Shown: positions 9,506-20,724, counted from the whole stretch's first letter. The stretch is 63,762 nucleotides of DNA, filler included, from Licmophora abbreviata (GCA_900291995.1; 17 parts of 17 records of this genome joined end to end with filler, not necessarily neighbours in it); one strand, 5' to 3'. Notes: generated by a model from the letters alone, not told the origin. Translations and numbers: made by a program.

Positions 9506-10408
9506 ATGACCATATCTGCGGCACGTCCCGGCTGGGGCATTTTCTGGATGATCGTAACCGGCGGCTGTTTCGTGACAGTCACGGCTCTCGTCAAACTTCT
9601 GGGGACGCGGATACCCGCGCCCGAGGCGGCGTTTTTGCGGTATCTCTTGGGGCTGGTTTTCCTGATCCCCGTCCTTGGACAGTTGCGCCGGATCAAGCTG
9701 GATCGAATGGAATGGACCCTGTTTGCAGGGCGCGGCGTGGTGCATACCATCGCGGTGGCGCTGTGGTTTTTCGCGATGGCGCGCATTCCGATCGCCGATG
9801 TGACGGCGATGAATTACCTTGCACCGATCTATGTCACGCTTGGGGCGGCGCTGTTTCTGGGCGAAAAGCTGGCACTGCGGCGGGTTATGGCTGTGGGTGT
9901 CGCGCTGTTGGGGGCGCTGATCATCCTGCGGCCCGGTCTGCGCGAAGTGGGGCCGGGGCATCTGGCGATGCTGTTCACGGCGGTGTTCTTCGGCGCCTCC
10001 TACCTGATTGCCAAGCGGATGACAGCCACTGCGAGCCCCGGTATCGTGGTAGCCATGCTGTCGATCACGGTGACGATCGGGCTGGCGCCTATGGCGGCCA
10101 TGCAATGGGTCACGCCGACATTGGGCGAATTGGCGATCCTTATGGGCGTCGCCTGTTTCGCGACCGCCGGGCATTACACCATGACGTTGGCCTTTCGGGC
10201 CGCCCCGCTGGCCGTGACCCAGCCTGTCACCTTCCTGCAGCTCGTGTGGGCGGTTCTTCTGGGCGCGTTGGTGTTCGACGAAGGGGTGGATATTTTCGTG
10301 GTTCTGGGTGGCATGGTGATCGTGGGCGCCGTCAGCTTCATCAGTTGGCGCGAGGCTGTGCTGAAACGCCGGGCGATCACGCCCAACGTCTCGGCTACCA
10401 AGGTCTGA
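9506..10408 (+). CDS. DMT/EamA family transporter
   Basis: Two-repeat hydrophobic pattern, LFLGEKL, LIILRPG. Confidence 0.9.
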   Translation: MTISAARPGWGIFWMIVTGGCFVTVTALVKLLGTRIPAPEAAFLRYLLGLVFLIPVLGQLRRIKLDRMEWTLFAGRGVVHTIAVALWFFAMARIPIADVTAMNYLAPIYVTLGAALFLGEKLALRRVMAVGVALLGALIILRPGLREVGPGHLAMLFTAVFFGASYLIAKRMTATASPGIVVAMLSITVTIGLAPMAAMQWVTPTLGELAILMGVACFATAGHYTMTLAFRAAPLAVTQPVTFLQLVWAVLLGALVFDEGVDIFVVLGGMVIVGAVSFISWREAVLKRRAITPNVSATKV

Positions 10409-10421
10409 AGCCGCGCCAGAC

Positions 10422-11447
10422 TTAGCAGCGTGGGTCCAGAAGCTTGGCCAATATCCGGTTGCGGGTGATCTGCCCCACAAGCGCGCCGTTTTCGATCACG
10501 CCCACGGGGGTGTCATGGCCCTGACTGGCCGCCATCACGTCGCGGATCGTCGCCAAGGGGCCGACAGCATGTTCGGGCGTGCCTTGTGCGTCTTCCATGA
10601 TGTCGCGGGCGCATAGCACGCCGAGCGGGTTCATATGAGCCACGAATTCAGCCACGTAATAGGTCGTGGGGTTGGTGAAGATGTCCTGCGGCGTGCCGCA
10701 TTGGACGATGCGCCCGCCCTCCATGATCGCGATCCGGTCGCCCAGCTTGAACGCCTCGTCCAGATCGTGACTGACGAAGATGATGGTGCGGTTCAGCTTT
10801 TTCTGAAGCTCCAGCAATTCATCTTGCAGATGGGTGCGGATCAGCGGGTCGAGGGCCGAGAACGGCTCGTCCATCAATAGGATCGGGGCCTCGGTCGCAA
10901 AGGCGCGCGCGAGGCCGACGCGCTGCTGCATCCCGCCCGACAATTCGGACACCTTGCGGTCGGCCCAATCCGACAGGCTGACCAGATCGAGCTGCTTTTC
11001 GATGCGGGCCTTGCGCTCAGCGGCCGGGACTCCGGCCAGTTCCAGCCCGAGCCCGACATTTTCGCGCACGCTGCGCCACGGCAGCAGGCCGAATTGCTGA
11101 AAGACCATTGCCACGTGCTTTTGCCGCATCCGGCGCAGGGTGGCGGGGTCGGCATGGGTGACGTCGATCATGGAGGTGCCGTCATTCACATGCACAGCAC
11201 CACGGGTCACCGGGTTTAGCGCGTTCACGGCCCGCAGAAGCGTGGATTTGCCCGATCCGGACAGGCCCATCAGAACCACGATCTCCCCTTGCTTCACAGT
11301 CAGGTCGCAATCGTGCACGCCGAGCACCTGACCGGTGCTGGCTTGAATTTCTCCGCGCTGTTGTCCCTGATCCATAAGGGGCAGGGCACGCTCGGGATGA
11401 TCGCCGAAGACGATCGAGACAGTGTCGAAATGCACGGCATCGCTCAT
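10422..11447 (-). CDS. choV: Choline ABC transporter ATP-binding protein
   Basis: GLSGSGKS, LSGGMQQRVGLARA, LMDEPFSALD; bet context. Confidence 0.92.
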   Translation of the reverse strand: MSDAVHFDTVSIVFGDHPERALPLMDQGQQRGEIQASTGQVLGVHDCDLTVKQGEIVVLMGLSGSGKSTLLRAVNALNPVTRGAVHVNDGTSMIDVTHADPATLRRMRQKHVAMVFQQFGLLPWRSVRENVGLGLELAGVPAAERKARIEKQLDLVSLSDWADRKVSELSGGMQQRVGLARAFATEAPILLMDEPFSALDPLIRTHLQDELLELQKKLNRTIIFVSHDLDEAFKLGDRIAIMEGGRIVQCGTPQDIFTNPTTYYVAEFVAHMNPLGVLCARDIMEDAQGTPEHAVGPLATIRDVMAASQGHDTPVGVIENGALVGQITRNRILAKLLDPRC

Positions 11448-12280
11448 TGGTCACGCTCCAGTCGCAGCATGCGGTCAAGGATGATGGCCACCACCACGAT
11501 CATCAGCCCGGATTCGAACCCGAGGGCAATGTTGACCGAGTTGATCGCCCGCAGCACCGGCACCCCCAGCCCGTCGGCGCCGACCAGCGCCGCGATCACA
11601 ACCATCGACAGCGACAGCATGATCGTCTGGTTCAGCCCGGCCATGATCTGTGGCAGCGCATAGGGCAGTTCGACCTTCCATAGCGTCTGACGGGGTGTCG
11701 CGCCAAAGGCCTGTGCCGCTTCGAGCAGGGGTTTGGGGGTGGACGAGATGCCCAGATGTGTCAGCCGGATCGGCGCAGGCACCACGAAGATCACGGTCGC
11801 GATCAGGCCCGGCACCATGCCGATCCCGAAGAATACGATGGCCGGGATCAGATAGACGAAGGGCGGCAGGGTCTGCATCAGGTCCAGCACCGGGCGCAGC
11901 CCCCGATAAAGGCCCGGACGGTGCGCCGTGGCAATGCCGATGGGCACGCCGATCGCCATGCAGAACACGCAGGCCGAGAGCACCAGCGTCAGGCTTTCGG
12001 TCATTTCCTCCCAGTAATCCTGATTGAGCACGAACAGGAATCCGAGGGCGACAAAGAGGCAGGTTTTCCAGTTGCGTTGAAACAGCCAAGTCAGGCCGAC
12101 AAAAACCCCGATCAGGATCAGGGGATGCGGGGTTTGCAGCACCCACAGAAAGGCATCGATCAGCCCTTCCATCGCCACGGACAGCGCGTCGAAGAACAGC
12201 GCCGCATTATCCTGCAGCCAAAGAAAGAATATTTCGGCGGCGTCGCCGACGGGAATCTTGTTTTCAGAAAGCCAGTTCAC
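11444..12280 (-). CDS. choW: Choline ABC transporter permease
   Basis: ProW-like LDLMQTLPPFVYLIP, EAAQAFG; GTG start. Confidence 0.92.
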   Translation of the reverse strand: MNWLSENKIPVGDAAEIFFLWLQDNAALFFDALSVAMEGLIDAFLWVLQTPHPLILIGVFVGLTWLFQRNWKTCLFVALGFLFVLNQDYWEEMTESLTLVLSACVFCMAIGVPIGIATAHRPGLYRGLRPVLDLMQTLPPFVYLIPAIVFFGIGMVPGLIATVIFVVPAPIRLTHLGISSTPKPLLEAAQAFGATPRQTLWKVELPYALPQIMAGLNQTIMLSLSMVVIAALVGADGLGVPVLRAINSVNIALGFESGLMIVVVAIILDRMLRLERDQ

Positions 12281-12316
12281 CTGAATCCCTCGTTACTGAT
12301 GATATCCGGGAGGTGT

Positions 12317-12369
12317 GGGGGCGGCTTGTCGCCGCCGCCCCCGCCTGTCCCGCGTCGGTATGGGACAGG
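12317..12369 (-). other. Two intergenic hairpins between choX and choW
   Basis: GGGGGCGGC..GCCGCCCCC and CCTGTCCC..GGGACAGG; typical position for stabilising the binding-protein mRNA. Confidence 0.5.
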
Positions 12370-12392
12370 TCCGTGTCGTTATCGTTGCGGTG

Positions 12393-13322
12393 TCAGAGGC
12401 CCAGATCGGCTTTCACCGCGGCCATGGCATCGCCACCGTCAATCGTGGTCACGCCGTCCAGCCATGTTTCAAGGATACCGGGATTGGCCTGAAGCCACGC
12501 GGTCGCCGCCTCGGCGGGATCGGTGCCGTCATTGAGGATCGCGCCCATGATCTCGTTTTCCATGGCCAGCGTGAATTCGAGGTTCTGCAGCAGCTTGCCG
12601 ACATTCGGGCATGCCTCGACATAGCCTGCGGAGGTGTTGGTATAGACTGTCGCACCGCCCAGATCGGGGCCGAACCAGTCATCGCCGCCGGTCAGGTAGG
12701 TCATCTCGAAATTGGCGTTCATCGGATGCGGTTCCCAGCCAAGGAAAATGATCGGCTCGTCGCGGCGCGTGGCGCGGGCGACCTGTGCCAGCATCCCCTG
12801 TTCCGAGCTTTCCTTGACCTCGAACTCCGTCAGGCCAAAGGCGCCATCGGCGATCATGTCCATGATGAGGCGGTTGCCGTCATTGCCCGGCTCGATGCCG
12901 TAGATCGTGTTGTCGAGCGCTTCGGCATGGTCGACGATCTTGGCGAAATCCGTGATCCCGAGGGCCGCGCCAGCGGCATTGGTGGCAAGCGTATACTTGG
13001 CCCCTTCCAGATTGGCGCGCACGGTGTCCACGGTGCCGGCTTCGCGATAGGGGGCGATGTCGCCTTCCATCGTGGGCATCCAATTGCCGAGGAACACGTC
13101 GATATCGCCCTGCGCCATCGAGGTGTAGGTCACCGGAACGGACAGCACCTTGATGTCGGTCTCATAGCCCAGAGCCTGCAGGACGGTGGTTGTCGCGGCG
13201 GTCGTGGCGGTGATGTCGGTCCAGCCGACATCCGAGAATGTGACCGTTTCGCAATTGGCAAGGACCGGTCCGGCTGCAACGGCAAGGGTCGCAGCTGCCA
13301 GTGTTGTCTTGAATGTCATCAT
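12393..13322 (-). CDS. choX: Choline ABC transporter substrate-binding protein
   Basis: FSDVGWTDI, FLGNWMP, YGIEPGNDGN, LGWEPHPMN. Confidence 0.95.
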   Translation of the reverse strand: MMTFKTTLAAATLAVAAGPVLANCETVTFSDVGWTDITATTAATTTVLQALGYETDIKVLSVPVTYTSMAQGDIDVFLGNWMPTMEGDIAPYREAGTVDTVRANLEGAKYTLATNAAGAALGITDFAKIVDHAEALDNTIYGIEPGNDGNRLIMDMIADGAFGLTEFEVKESSEQGMLAQVARATRRDEPIIFLGWEPHPMNANFEMTYLTGGDDWFGPDLGGATVYTNTSAGYVEACPNVGKLLQNLEFTLAMENEIMGAILNDGTDPAEAATAWLQANPGILETWLDGVTTIDGGDAMAAVKADLGL

Positions 13323-13439
13323 GTCTTTTCCCCTTCGTTTCGGTTTTTACCAACCGTTCTAAAGTCAGCGCCGGCGCGTGTGGTCGCGCCGGCGCATTTT
13401 TGGATCAGGCGGGCCTTTGCGAAAAGGCCCGGTCAGCCG

Positions 13440-14993
13440 TCAGGCCATCCACCAGCGTTCCATCCAGCGTTCGCCGTCCATCTCCCAGTTCGATGCCATC
13501 TCGCCATGCATCACGTCGTCGGATTTGGCCGAGACGTAGTTGGCGAACATCGGGATGACGACACCACCCTGGTTGGAGACGAGATCCTGCATCTCCCAGT
13601 ACATCTGGCGGCGCTTGTCGTCGTCCAGTTCTGCCCGCGCCTTGACCAGAAGTTCGTCGAAGCGCTCGTTGCACCAGAAGCTGTCGTTCCACGATGCGCC
13701 ACACTGATAGGCGGTCGAGAACATCTGGTCTTCCACCGGGCGCCCGCCCCAATAGACCGCGGTGAACGGCTCTTTCATCCAGACGTCGGACCAGTAGCCA
13801 TCCTTGGGCTCGCGGACGACGTTGACGTTGATCCCTGCCGCCTTGGCCGAGTTCTGGAACAGAACGCCCGCATCCACGGCGCCCGAGAAGGCCGCCTCGG
13901 AGGTGTGCAGCGTCACGTCCAGACTGTCGAGACCGGCCTCCTTGAGATAGAACTTGGCCTTGTCCGGATCATAGGTCTTCTGCTCCAGCTCGCTGTTGTA
14001 ATAGCGCTGTCCCTGACCGATCGGATGGTCATTGCCGACCGAGCCGTAGCCGAACAGGATCTTTTCAACCAGCTCTTCGCGGTTGATGGCATATTTCAGG
14101 GCCTGACGGAGATTATTGTCCGTGTAGGGATCCTTGTTGGTGGACATCGCGAAGGTGTAATGCTGCGTGCCTGCAAGGGTTTCGACGGCAATACCGGGCC
14201 GGCGGCCCAGCAGATCGGCGGCCTTGAGATCAACCCGGTCGATCGCGTGCACATCGCCCGACACCAGCGCCGTGGTCCGTGCGTTCTGATCGACGATGGA
14301 CAGCATTTCGCAGCTGTCGATCCATGCCACGTCGTCGCGCCAATGGTTCGGATTGCGCTCGAAGCTCGAGATCACGCCGGGCTGGAAATTCTTCAGCACA
14401 TAGCTGCCGCACCCATTGCCGGACTGCCAGTCCATGCCGTCAGCAGTCGCCGGGTGGATCGTCAGGTGATAATCCGACAGAATGAATGGGAAGTCGGCAT
14501 TGCCGCTCGACAGCTTGAACACGACCGTATCACTGCCATCCGCCATAAGATCGGTGATCGGGGCGACAAGCGGACCGGCGGCCGAGGTCGAGTCCTCGCC
14601 ACGATGATGATTGATCGACGCGATCACGTCCTCGACGGTCAGCGGCTTGCCGTCATGGAACGTGACGCCCTGACGGATCTTGAAGCGCCATTCGGTGGCG
14701 TCGGCAGAAGCCTCCCAGCTTTCGGCGAGCTCGGGTGCCAGGGTGCCATCGACCGCCACTTCGGTCAGGCGACCGTGGACCGCAAAGCCAAGGGCCAGCA
14801 TGTAGCCGTTGGACCATTGGCCAGGGTTCAGCGTGTCGGTCGTCTGACCATGGCCCTTGGCCACGCGCAGGTGGCCGCCGCGCTTGGGTGCCGCCATCGC
14901 GCCGCCCATTGGGAGCGTGGCCAAGAGTGCGCCGGCTGCGGTGGTTTTCATGAATCCGCGACGGTCCAGCATGCCGCCTTTGATGAGTGTCAT
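13440..14993 (-). CDS. Family-5 (Opp/Dpp-like) ABC substrate-binding protein with Tat signal
   Basis: DRRGFMK twin-Arg; LAESWE, IRQGVTFHDG, LRQALKYAINRE; ATG after GGAG. Confidence 0.9.
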   Translation of the reverse strand: MTLIKGGMLDRRGFMKTTAAGALLATLPMGGAMAAPKRGGHLRVAKGHGQTTDTLNPGQWSNGYMLALGFAVHGRLTEVAVDGTLAPELAESWEASADATEWRFKIRQGVTFHDGKPLTVEDVIASINHHRGEDSTSAAGPLVAPITDLMADGSDTVVFKLSSGNADFPFILSDYHLTIHPATADGMDWQSGNGCGSYVLKNFQPGVISSFERNPNHWRDDVAWIDSCEMLSIVDQNARTTALVSGDVHAIDRVDLKAADLLGRRPGIAVETLAGTQHYTFAMSTNKDPYTDNNLRQALKYAINREELVEKILFGYGSVGNDHPIGQGQRYYNSELEQKTYDPDKAKFYLKEAGLDSLDVTLHTSEAAFSGAVDAGVLFQNSAKAAGINVNVVREPKDGYWSDVWMKEPFTAVYWGGRPVEDQMFSTAYQCGASWNDSFWCNERFDELLVKARAELDDDKRRQMYWEMQDLVSNQGGVVIPMFANYVSAKSDDVMHGEMASNWEMDGERWMERWWMA

Positions 14994-15201
14994 TGCTGTT
15001 TCTCCCTGTTTTGTTGCGTCTTGACTGTCGGTCCGGGGCGCGTTGGTCCCGTTCCCTTTGGACTTGCCGCTGTTGATCCGACTTCTCCCAAGCCTCAAAG
15101 CGACATTCCGCATACATTTCCGACGTTAATATGTCGGTATCATGTAGTGCAACGTGATTGTTCCGGTTTTCGTGTTTTGCGATGTCGCCTTTGATTTTTT
15201 A

Positions 15202-15221
15202 TTGATTGACGCGTCAATTAA
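15202..15221. promoter_or_regulatory. BetI operator
   Basis: TTGATTGACGCGTCAATTAA with a perfect 14-bp palindromic core, in the divergent SBP/betI spacer. Confidence 0.8.
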
Positions 15222-15273
15222 ACACGAATAGGCCTGTGGGGCAACAGCAATTCACAAGTATTGGGGGCACAGC

Positions 15274-15858
15274 ATGCCCAAGATCGGAATGGAGCCGATT
15301 CGTCGGTCGGCCCTGGTCGAGGCGACGATTCATGAAATCGGCCTGCAGGGAACGCTAGACGTGACGGTCAGTCAGATCGCCCGGCGCGCCGGCATGTCTA
15401 GTGCGCTGGCGCACCACTATTTCGGGTCCAAGGAGCAGATGTTCGTGGCCGCGATGCGCCATATCCTGGCGCTCTACGGCGCCGAGGTGCGGGGCGCGCT
15501 GGTGATGGCGAAAACCCCGCGCGACCGGGTCGAGGCGATCATCCGCGCCAGCTTTGCACCGGCGCAGTTCCGCTCCGAGATGGTCTCGGCGTGGCTCAAC
15601 TTCTATGTGCAGGCGCAGAAATCCGAAGATGCCCGGCGCCTTTTGCATATCTATCAGCGCCGGCTGCGCTCGAACCTGCATCATGCCATTCGCCAGATCG
15701 CGCCGGACAACGCCTCTCGGTTGACCCGTGGGTTGGCGGCAATGATCGACGGGCTGTACATCCGGCAGGCCCTGCGCGTCGAGCCGCTCGCGCCCGAGCG
15801 CGCGATCAGCGTGCTGCTGCATTATCTCGATACCACTCTCAAGGTCGAAACCGCATGA
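15274..15858 (+). CDS. betI: Choline-responsive TetR repressor
   Basis: MPKIGMEPIRR, AHHYFGSK, RRLRSNL. Confidence 0.95.
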   Translation: MPKIGMEPIRRSALVEATIHEIGLQGTLDVTVSQIARRAGMSSALAHHYFGSKEQMFVAAMRHILALYGAEVRGALVMAKTPRDRVEAIIRASFAPAQFRSEMVSAWLNFYVQAQKSEDARRLLHIYQRRLRSNLHHAIRQIAPDNASRLTRGLAAMIDGLYIRQALRVEPLAPERAISVLLHYLDTTLKVETA

Positions 15859-17372
15859 GCACCCGCCCCAACATCCTCATCTTCATGGTCGATCAACTGA
15901 ACGGAACGCTGTTTCCGGACGGTCCGGCCGACTGGCTGCATACGCCGAACCTGCGCCGGCTTGCCGACCGGTCGACCCGCTTCGCCAATGCCTATACCGC
16001 CTCACCGCTCTGTGCGCCGGGCCGCGCCAGCTTCATGTCCGGGCTCTTGCCATCGCGCAGCCGGGTCTATGACAACGCGGCCGAATTCGCCGCCGACATC
16101 CCCACCTATGCGCATCACCTGCGGCGCGCGGGCTATCAGACCTGCCTGTCAGGCAAGATGCATTTCGTCGGGCCCGATCAGCTGCACGGGTTCGAAGAGC
16201 GCTTGACCACCGATATCTACCCGGCCGATTTCGGCTGGACCCCCGATTATCGCAAACCCGGGGAACGGATCGACTGGTGGTATCACAATCTCGGATCGGT
16301 CACCGGCAGCGGCGTGGCCGAAATTTCCAACCAATTGGAATATGACGACGAGGTCGCCTATAACGCCACCCGCAAGGTCTATGATCTGGGCCGCGGCCAT
16401 GACGCGCGGCCCTGGTGCCTGACGGTCAGCTTCACGCACCCGCATGACCCCTATCTGGCGCGGCGCGAATACTGGGATCTCTACGAGAAGAGCGACCATC
16501 TTCTGCCCACGGTGCCGGCCATGGCCTACGAGGATCACGACCCGCATTCCAAACGCATCTTCGACGCCAATGACTGGCGCTCTTTCGACATCACCGAGGC
16601 CGATATTCGCCGCTCGCGTCGGGCCTATTTGGCCAATATCTCCTATCTCGATGACAAGATCGGCGAGGTGCTCGCGGCGCTGGACGGCACGCGACAGACC
16701 GACAACACGATCATCCTATTCGTGTCGGATCACGGCGACATGCTGGGCGAGCGTGGATTGTGGTTCAAGATGTCCTTCTACGAAGGCGCGTCGCGTGTCC
16801 CCTTGATGATCGCCGCTCCCCGGATGGCGCCCGGGCTGGTGCGCACCCCGGTCAGCACGCTCGATGTCTGCCCCACCTTGTGTGATCTCGCCGGCGTCTC
16901 GATCGACGAAATCGCGCCATGGACCGAAGGGCACTCGCTCGTGCCCCTGGCGCAGGGCGGCGCGTCCCGCGCACCTGTGGCCATGGAATATGCCGCCGAG
17001 GCCTCGTATGCGCCGCTGGTCTGCCTGCGCGAGGGGCGTTGGAAATTCACCCGCTGCGCGCTCGACCCCGATCAGCTCTTCGACCTCGAGAGCGATCCGC
17101 ATGAGCTCAGCGATCTCGCAGGTGATCCCGCTCATGCGCAGATTCTGCAGCATTTCAGCGACTTGGCGGATGCCCGCTGGGATCTTGCCGCGTTCGATGC
17201 GCAGGTGCGCGAAAGCCAGGCGCGCCGCTGGATCGTCTACGAGGCGCTGCGCAAGGGCGGCTATTACCCTTGGGATTACCAGCCGCTGCAGAAGGCCAGC
17301 GAGCGCTACATGCGCAACCACATGGACCTGAACGTGGTCGAGGAAAATCAGCGATTCCCCCGTGGGGAATGA
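15855..17372 (+). CDS. betC: Choline sulfatase
   Basis: PNILIFMVDQL, SPLCAPGRAS, GKMHF; ATGA overlap with betI. Confidence 0.95.
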   Translation: MSTRPNILIFMVDQLNGTLFPDGPADWLHTPNLRRLADRSTRFANAYTASPLCAPGRASFMSGLLPSRSRVYDNAAEFAADIPTYAHHLRRAGYQTCLSGKMHFVGPDQLHGFEERLTTDIYPADFGWTPDYRKPGERIDWWYHNLGSVTGSGVAEISNQLEYDDEVAYNATRKVYDLGRGHDARPWCLTVSFTHPHDPYLARREYWDLYEKSDHLLPTVPAMAYEDHDPHSKRIFDANDWRSFDITEADIRRSRRAYLANISYLDDKIGEVLAALDGTRQTDNTIILFVSDHGDMLGERGLWFKMSFYEGASRVPLMIAAPRMAPGLVRTPVSTLDVCPTLCDLAGVSIDEIAPWTEGHSLVPLAQGGASRAPVAMEYAAEASYAPLVCLREGRWKFTRCALDPDQLFDLESDPHELSDLAGDPAHAQILQHFSDLADARWDLAAFDAQVRESQARRWIVYEALRKGGYYPWDYQPLQKASERYMRNHMDLNVVEENQRFPRGE

Positions 17373-17375
17373 CCC

Positions 17376-17408
17376 TTTCACTGTTCCCGAAATACTCCCG
17401 CCGGAGGC
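17376..17408 (+). repeat. Diverged partial copy of a small intergenic repeat
   Basis: TTTCACTGTTCCCGAAATACTCCCGCCGGAGGC resembles the copies at 48104 and 60851. Confidence 0.5.
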
Positions 17409-17540
17409 GATATGACATTTGCAACCCAACCCAAGGNNNNNNNNNNNNNNNNNNNNNNNNNNNNNNNNNNNNNNNNNNNNTTAATTAATTAANNNNNNNN
17501 NNNNNNNNNNNNNNNNNNNNNNNNNNNNNNNNNNNNCGAT

Positions 17541-19001
17541 ATGACATTTGCAACCCAACCCAAGGCCAGCCATTTCGTGAATGGCGCCTATCTCGAAGAT
17601 ACGTCCGGTGCGCCGCTCGAGGTGATCTACCCCGCGACCGGCGCCGTGATCGCGACCCTGCACGAGGCAACGCCGCAGGTTCTGGATCAGGCGATCACCG
17701 GTGCGCAGGCCGCACAAAGGCACTGGGCGCGCCTGTCGGGCATGGAGCGTGGCCGCGTGCTGCGCCGTGCCGCCGATATCATGCGCGACCGCAACCATGA
17801 CCTGTCGGTGCTCGAAACCTATGACACGGGCAAGCCGCTACAGGAAACGCTGGTGGCCGATGCCACGAGCGGCGCGGATGCGCTGGAATATTTCGGCAGT
17901 ATCGCCGCGGGTCTGACGGGCGAGCATATTCAACTGTCGGGTGGCGACTGGGCCTATACCATCCGTGAGCCTCTGGGTGTCTGCGCGGGGCTTGGCGCGT
18001 GGAACTACCCCACCCAGATCGCCTGCTGGAAGGCGGCGCCCGCCTTGGCCTGCGGCAATGCGATGGTGTTCAAACCGTCCGAAACAACCCCGCTTTCGGC
18101 CCTGAAAGTGGCCGAAATCCTGATCGAGGCCGGCGCGCCTGCGGGGCTGTTCAACGTGGTGCAGGGGGCGGGTGGCGTCGGCGGGCCGCTGGTGGCCGAT
18201 CCGCGCATCGCCAAGGTGTCGCTGACCGGGTCCGTGCCCACGGGGCGCAAGGTCTATGCCTCGGCGGCAGAGGGCATGAAGCATGTGACGATGGAACTGG
18301 GTGGCAAATCGCCCCTGATCGTGTTCGACGACGCTTCGATCGAAGACGCGCTGAGCGGGGCCATCCTCGGCAATTTCTATTCCTCGGGTCAGGTCTGTTC
18401 CAATGGCACGCGGGTTTTCGTGCACCGCGCCATCAAGGACGCGTTCCTGAACCGTCTGGCGGCGCGCACGGCCAAGGCTGTGATCGGCGATCCTCTGGAC
18501 AAGGCGACCAGCTTCGGCCCGATGGTCAGCGAGGCGCAATTGCAGATCGTGCTGGGCTATATCGAAAAGGGCCGCGCCGAAGGCGCGCGGCTGATCTGCG
18601 GCGGTAACCGCATCGACAAGGCGGGGTCTTGGATCGAACCCACGGTCTTCGCCGATGTCACCGACGACATGACCATCGCCCGCGAGGAAATTTTCGGCCC
18701 CGTACTCAGCGTGCTGGATTTCGACGACGAGGACGAGGTGATCGCCCGGGCCAATGCCACGGACTACGGGCTGTCGGCTGGCGTCTACACACGCGATCTG
18801 CAGCGCGCGCACCGGGTGATCGCCCGGCTCGAGGCGGGAAGTTGTTTCATCAACTCGTATAACGACGCCCCGGTCGAGGTGCCCTTTGGCGGGGTCAAGG
18901 CTTCGGGCGTTGGGCGCGAGAATTCCAAGGCGGCGATCGCACATTATTCGCAGCTCAAGTCCGTCTATGTGCGGATGGGCGAGACCGAAGCGCCGTTCTG
19001 A
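17541..19001 (+). CDS. betB: Betaine aldehyde dehydrogenase (start also present at 17412 before the gap)
   Basis: [32 protein letters not shown]. Confidence 0.95.
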   Translation: MTFATQPKASHFVNGAYLEDTSGAPLEVIYPATGAVIATLHEATPQVLDQAITGAQAAQRHWARLSGMERGRVLRRAADIMRDRNHDLSVLETYDTGKPLQETLVADATSGADALEYFGSIAAGLTGEHIQLSGGDWAYTIREPLGVCAGLGAWNYPTQIACWKAAPALACGNAMVFKPSETTPLSALKVAEILIEAGAPAGLFNVVQGAGGVGGPLVADPRIAKVSLTGSVPTGRKVYASAAEGMKHVTMELGGKSPLIVFDDASIEDALSGAILGNFYSSGQVCSNGTRVFVHRAIKDAFLNRLAARTAKAVIGDPLDKATSFGPMVSEAQLQIVLGYIEKGRAEGARLICGGNRIDKAGSWIEPTVFADVTDDMTIAREEIFGPVLSVLDFDDEDEVIARANATDYGLSAGVYTRDLQRAHRVIARLEAGSCFINSYNDAPVEVPFGGVKASGVGRENSKAAIAHYSQLKSVYVRMGETEAPF

Positions 19002-19065
19002 GCCCTTGCCGGGCCAGCGCCATCCGGCCCGGACCGAAACCGAAAAGATCACGGAGACACCCAAC

Positions 19066-20724
19066 ATGGAAGCCGATTACGTCATCGTCGGAGCGGGCAG
19101 CGCGGGATGCGCCATGGCCTATCGGCTGAGCGAGGCCGGCAAATCCGTTCTGGTGATCGAACATGGCGGCACCGATGCAGGGCCGTTCATCCAGATGCCC
19201 GGCGCTCTGAGCTATCCGATGAACATGAAGCGCTATGACTGGGGCTATCGCACCGAACCCGAGCCGCATCTCAACGGTCGCCGTCTGGCCTGTCCGCGCG
19301 GCAAGGTGATCGGCGGCTCCAGCAGCATCAATGGCATGGTCTATGTGCGCGGTCATGCCTGTGATTACGATCACTGGCGCGATCAGGGCGCCGAGGGCTG
19401 GGGCTATGCGGATGTGCTGCCCTATTTCAAGCGGCTCGAATCCTGGGATGATGGCGGCCATGGCGGCGATCATTCATGGCGGGGGCGGAACGGCCCGCTG
19501 CATGTCGGGCGCGGGCGCATGGCCAATCCGCTCACCCGGGCTTTCATCGAGGCCGGCGAGCAGGCCGGCTATCAGCTGACCGATGATTACAACGGCGCCA
19601 AGCAGGAAGGGTTCGGCCCGTTCGAGATGACCGTCTGGAAAGGCCAGCGCTGGTCGGCGGCGAATGCCTATCTCAAGCCCGCGCTCAAGCGCGAGAACTG
19701 CGATCTGCTGCGCGGTCTGGTGCAGAAGGTGGTGATCGAGAATGGCCGCGCCACCGGGGTCGAGGCGATCATCAAGGGCCGCCGCGAAGTTGTGCGTGCG
19801 CGCGCTGAAGTGATCCTTGCGGCCTCGTCGATCAACTCTCCCAAGCTGCTGATGCTGTCGGGGATCGGGCCGGGGGCGCATCTGGCCGAGCATGGCATCG
19901 AATTGGTCGCCGACAGGCCCGGTGTCGGTGCGAACCTGCAGGACCATCTTGAGCTCTATATCCAGATGGCAGCCAGTCAGCCGGTGAGCCTTTACAAATA
20001 CTGGAATCTCTTCGGCAAGGCATGGGTCGGCGCCAACTGGCTGTTGAACAAGCAGGGGCCGGGGGCCTCGAACCAGTTCGAAAGCTGCGGCTTCATCCGG
20101 TCGCGTGCCGGTGTGGACTATCCCGATGTGCAGTTTCATTTCCTGCCGATCGCCGTGCGCTATGACGGTCAGGCCGCTGCCGAAGGGCACGGCTTTCAGG
20201 CGCATGTCGGCCCGATGCGCAGCCCGTCGCGCGGGTCGGTCAGCTTGCGCAGCGCCGATCCCGGCGACGATCCGGTGATCCGCTTCAACTATATGAGTCA
20301 TGAAGACGACTGGCGTGATTTCCGCACCTGCATCCGACTGACCCGCGAGATCTTTGCGCAGCAGGCGTTCGCGCCTTATGCGCGGCACGAGATCCAGCCC
20401 GGCGCCGATGTCCGGAGCGATGATGAGCTTGATGGCTTCATCCGCGAGCATGCCGAAAGCGCCTATCACCCCTGTGGCACCTGCCGCATGGGGCGGGGCG
20501 ACGATGCGGGAGCCGTGGTCGATCCCGAGGCGCGGGTGATCGGCGTGGACGGTTTGCGCGTGGCTGACAGCAGCATCTTTCCCCGGATCACCAATGGCAA
20601 TCTCAATGCGCCGTCAATTCTGGTGGGGGAAAAGGTGGCCGATCATATCCTGGGCCTCCCGGCTTTGCCGCCCGACAATTCAGAGCCTTGGATGCATCCC
20701 GATTGGCGGACCTCTCAGCGCTAG
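19066..20724 (+). CDS. betA: Choline dehydrogenase
   Basis: [36 protein letters not shown]. Confidence 0.96.
   Translation: MEADYVIVGAGSAGCAMAYRLSEAGKSVLVIEHGGTDAGPFIQMPGALSYPMNMKRYDWGYRTEPEPHLNGRRLACPRGKVIGGSSSINGMVYVRGHACDYDHWRDQGAEGWGYADVLPYFKRLESWDDGGHGGDHSWRGRNGPLHVGRGRMANPLTRAFIEAGEQAGYQLTDDYNGAKQEGFGPFEMTVWKGQRWSAANAYLKPALKRENCDLLRGLVQKVVIENGRATGVEAIIKGRREVVRARAEVILAASSINSPKLLMLSGIGPGAHLAEHGIELVADRPGVGANLQDHLELYIQMAASQPVSLYKYWNLFGKAWVGANWLLNKQGPGASNQFESCGFIRSRAGVDYPDVQFHFLPIAVRYDGQAAAEGHGFQAHVGPMRSPSRGSVSLRSADPGDDPVIRFNYMSHEDDWRDFRTCIRLTREIFAQQAFAPYARHEIQPGADVRSDDELDGFIREHAESAYHPCGTCRMGRGDDAGAVVDPEARVIGVDGLRVADSSIFPRITNGNLNAPSILVGEKVADHILGLPALPPDNSEPWMHPDWRTSQR

Noticed and set aside
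12312..12324. 13-mer GGTGTGGGGGCGG identical to 2107-2119
   Set aside because: Low-complexity G-rich hairpin arm with no extension into the flanks; likely chance
12315..15194. 959-aa plus-strand ORF, and similar long ORFs at 38759-40885, 49306-51285 and 57425-59362
   Set aside because: Antisense shadows of well-supported genes in high-GC DNA, with no recognisable motifs
17408..17565. 29-nt direct repeat of the betB start
   Set aside because: Overlapping contig ends on either side of a linker
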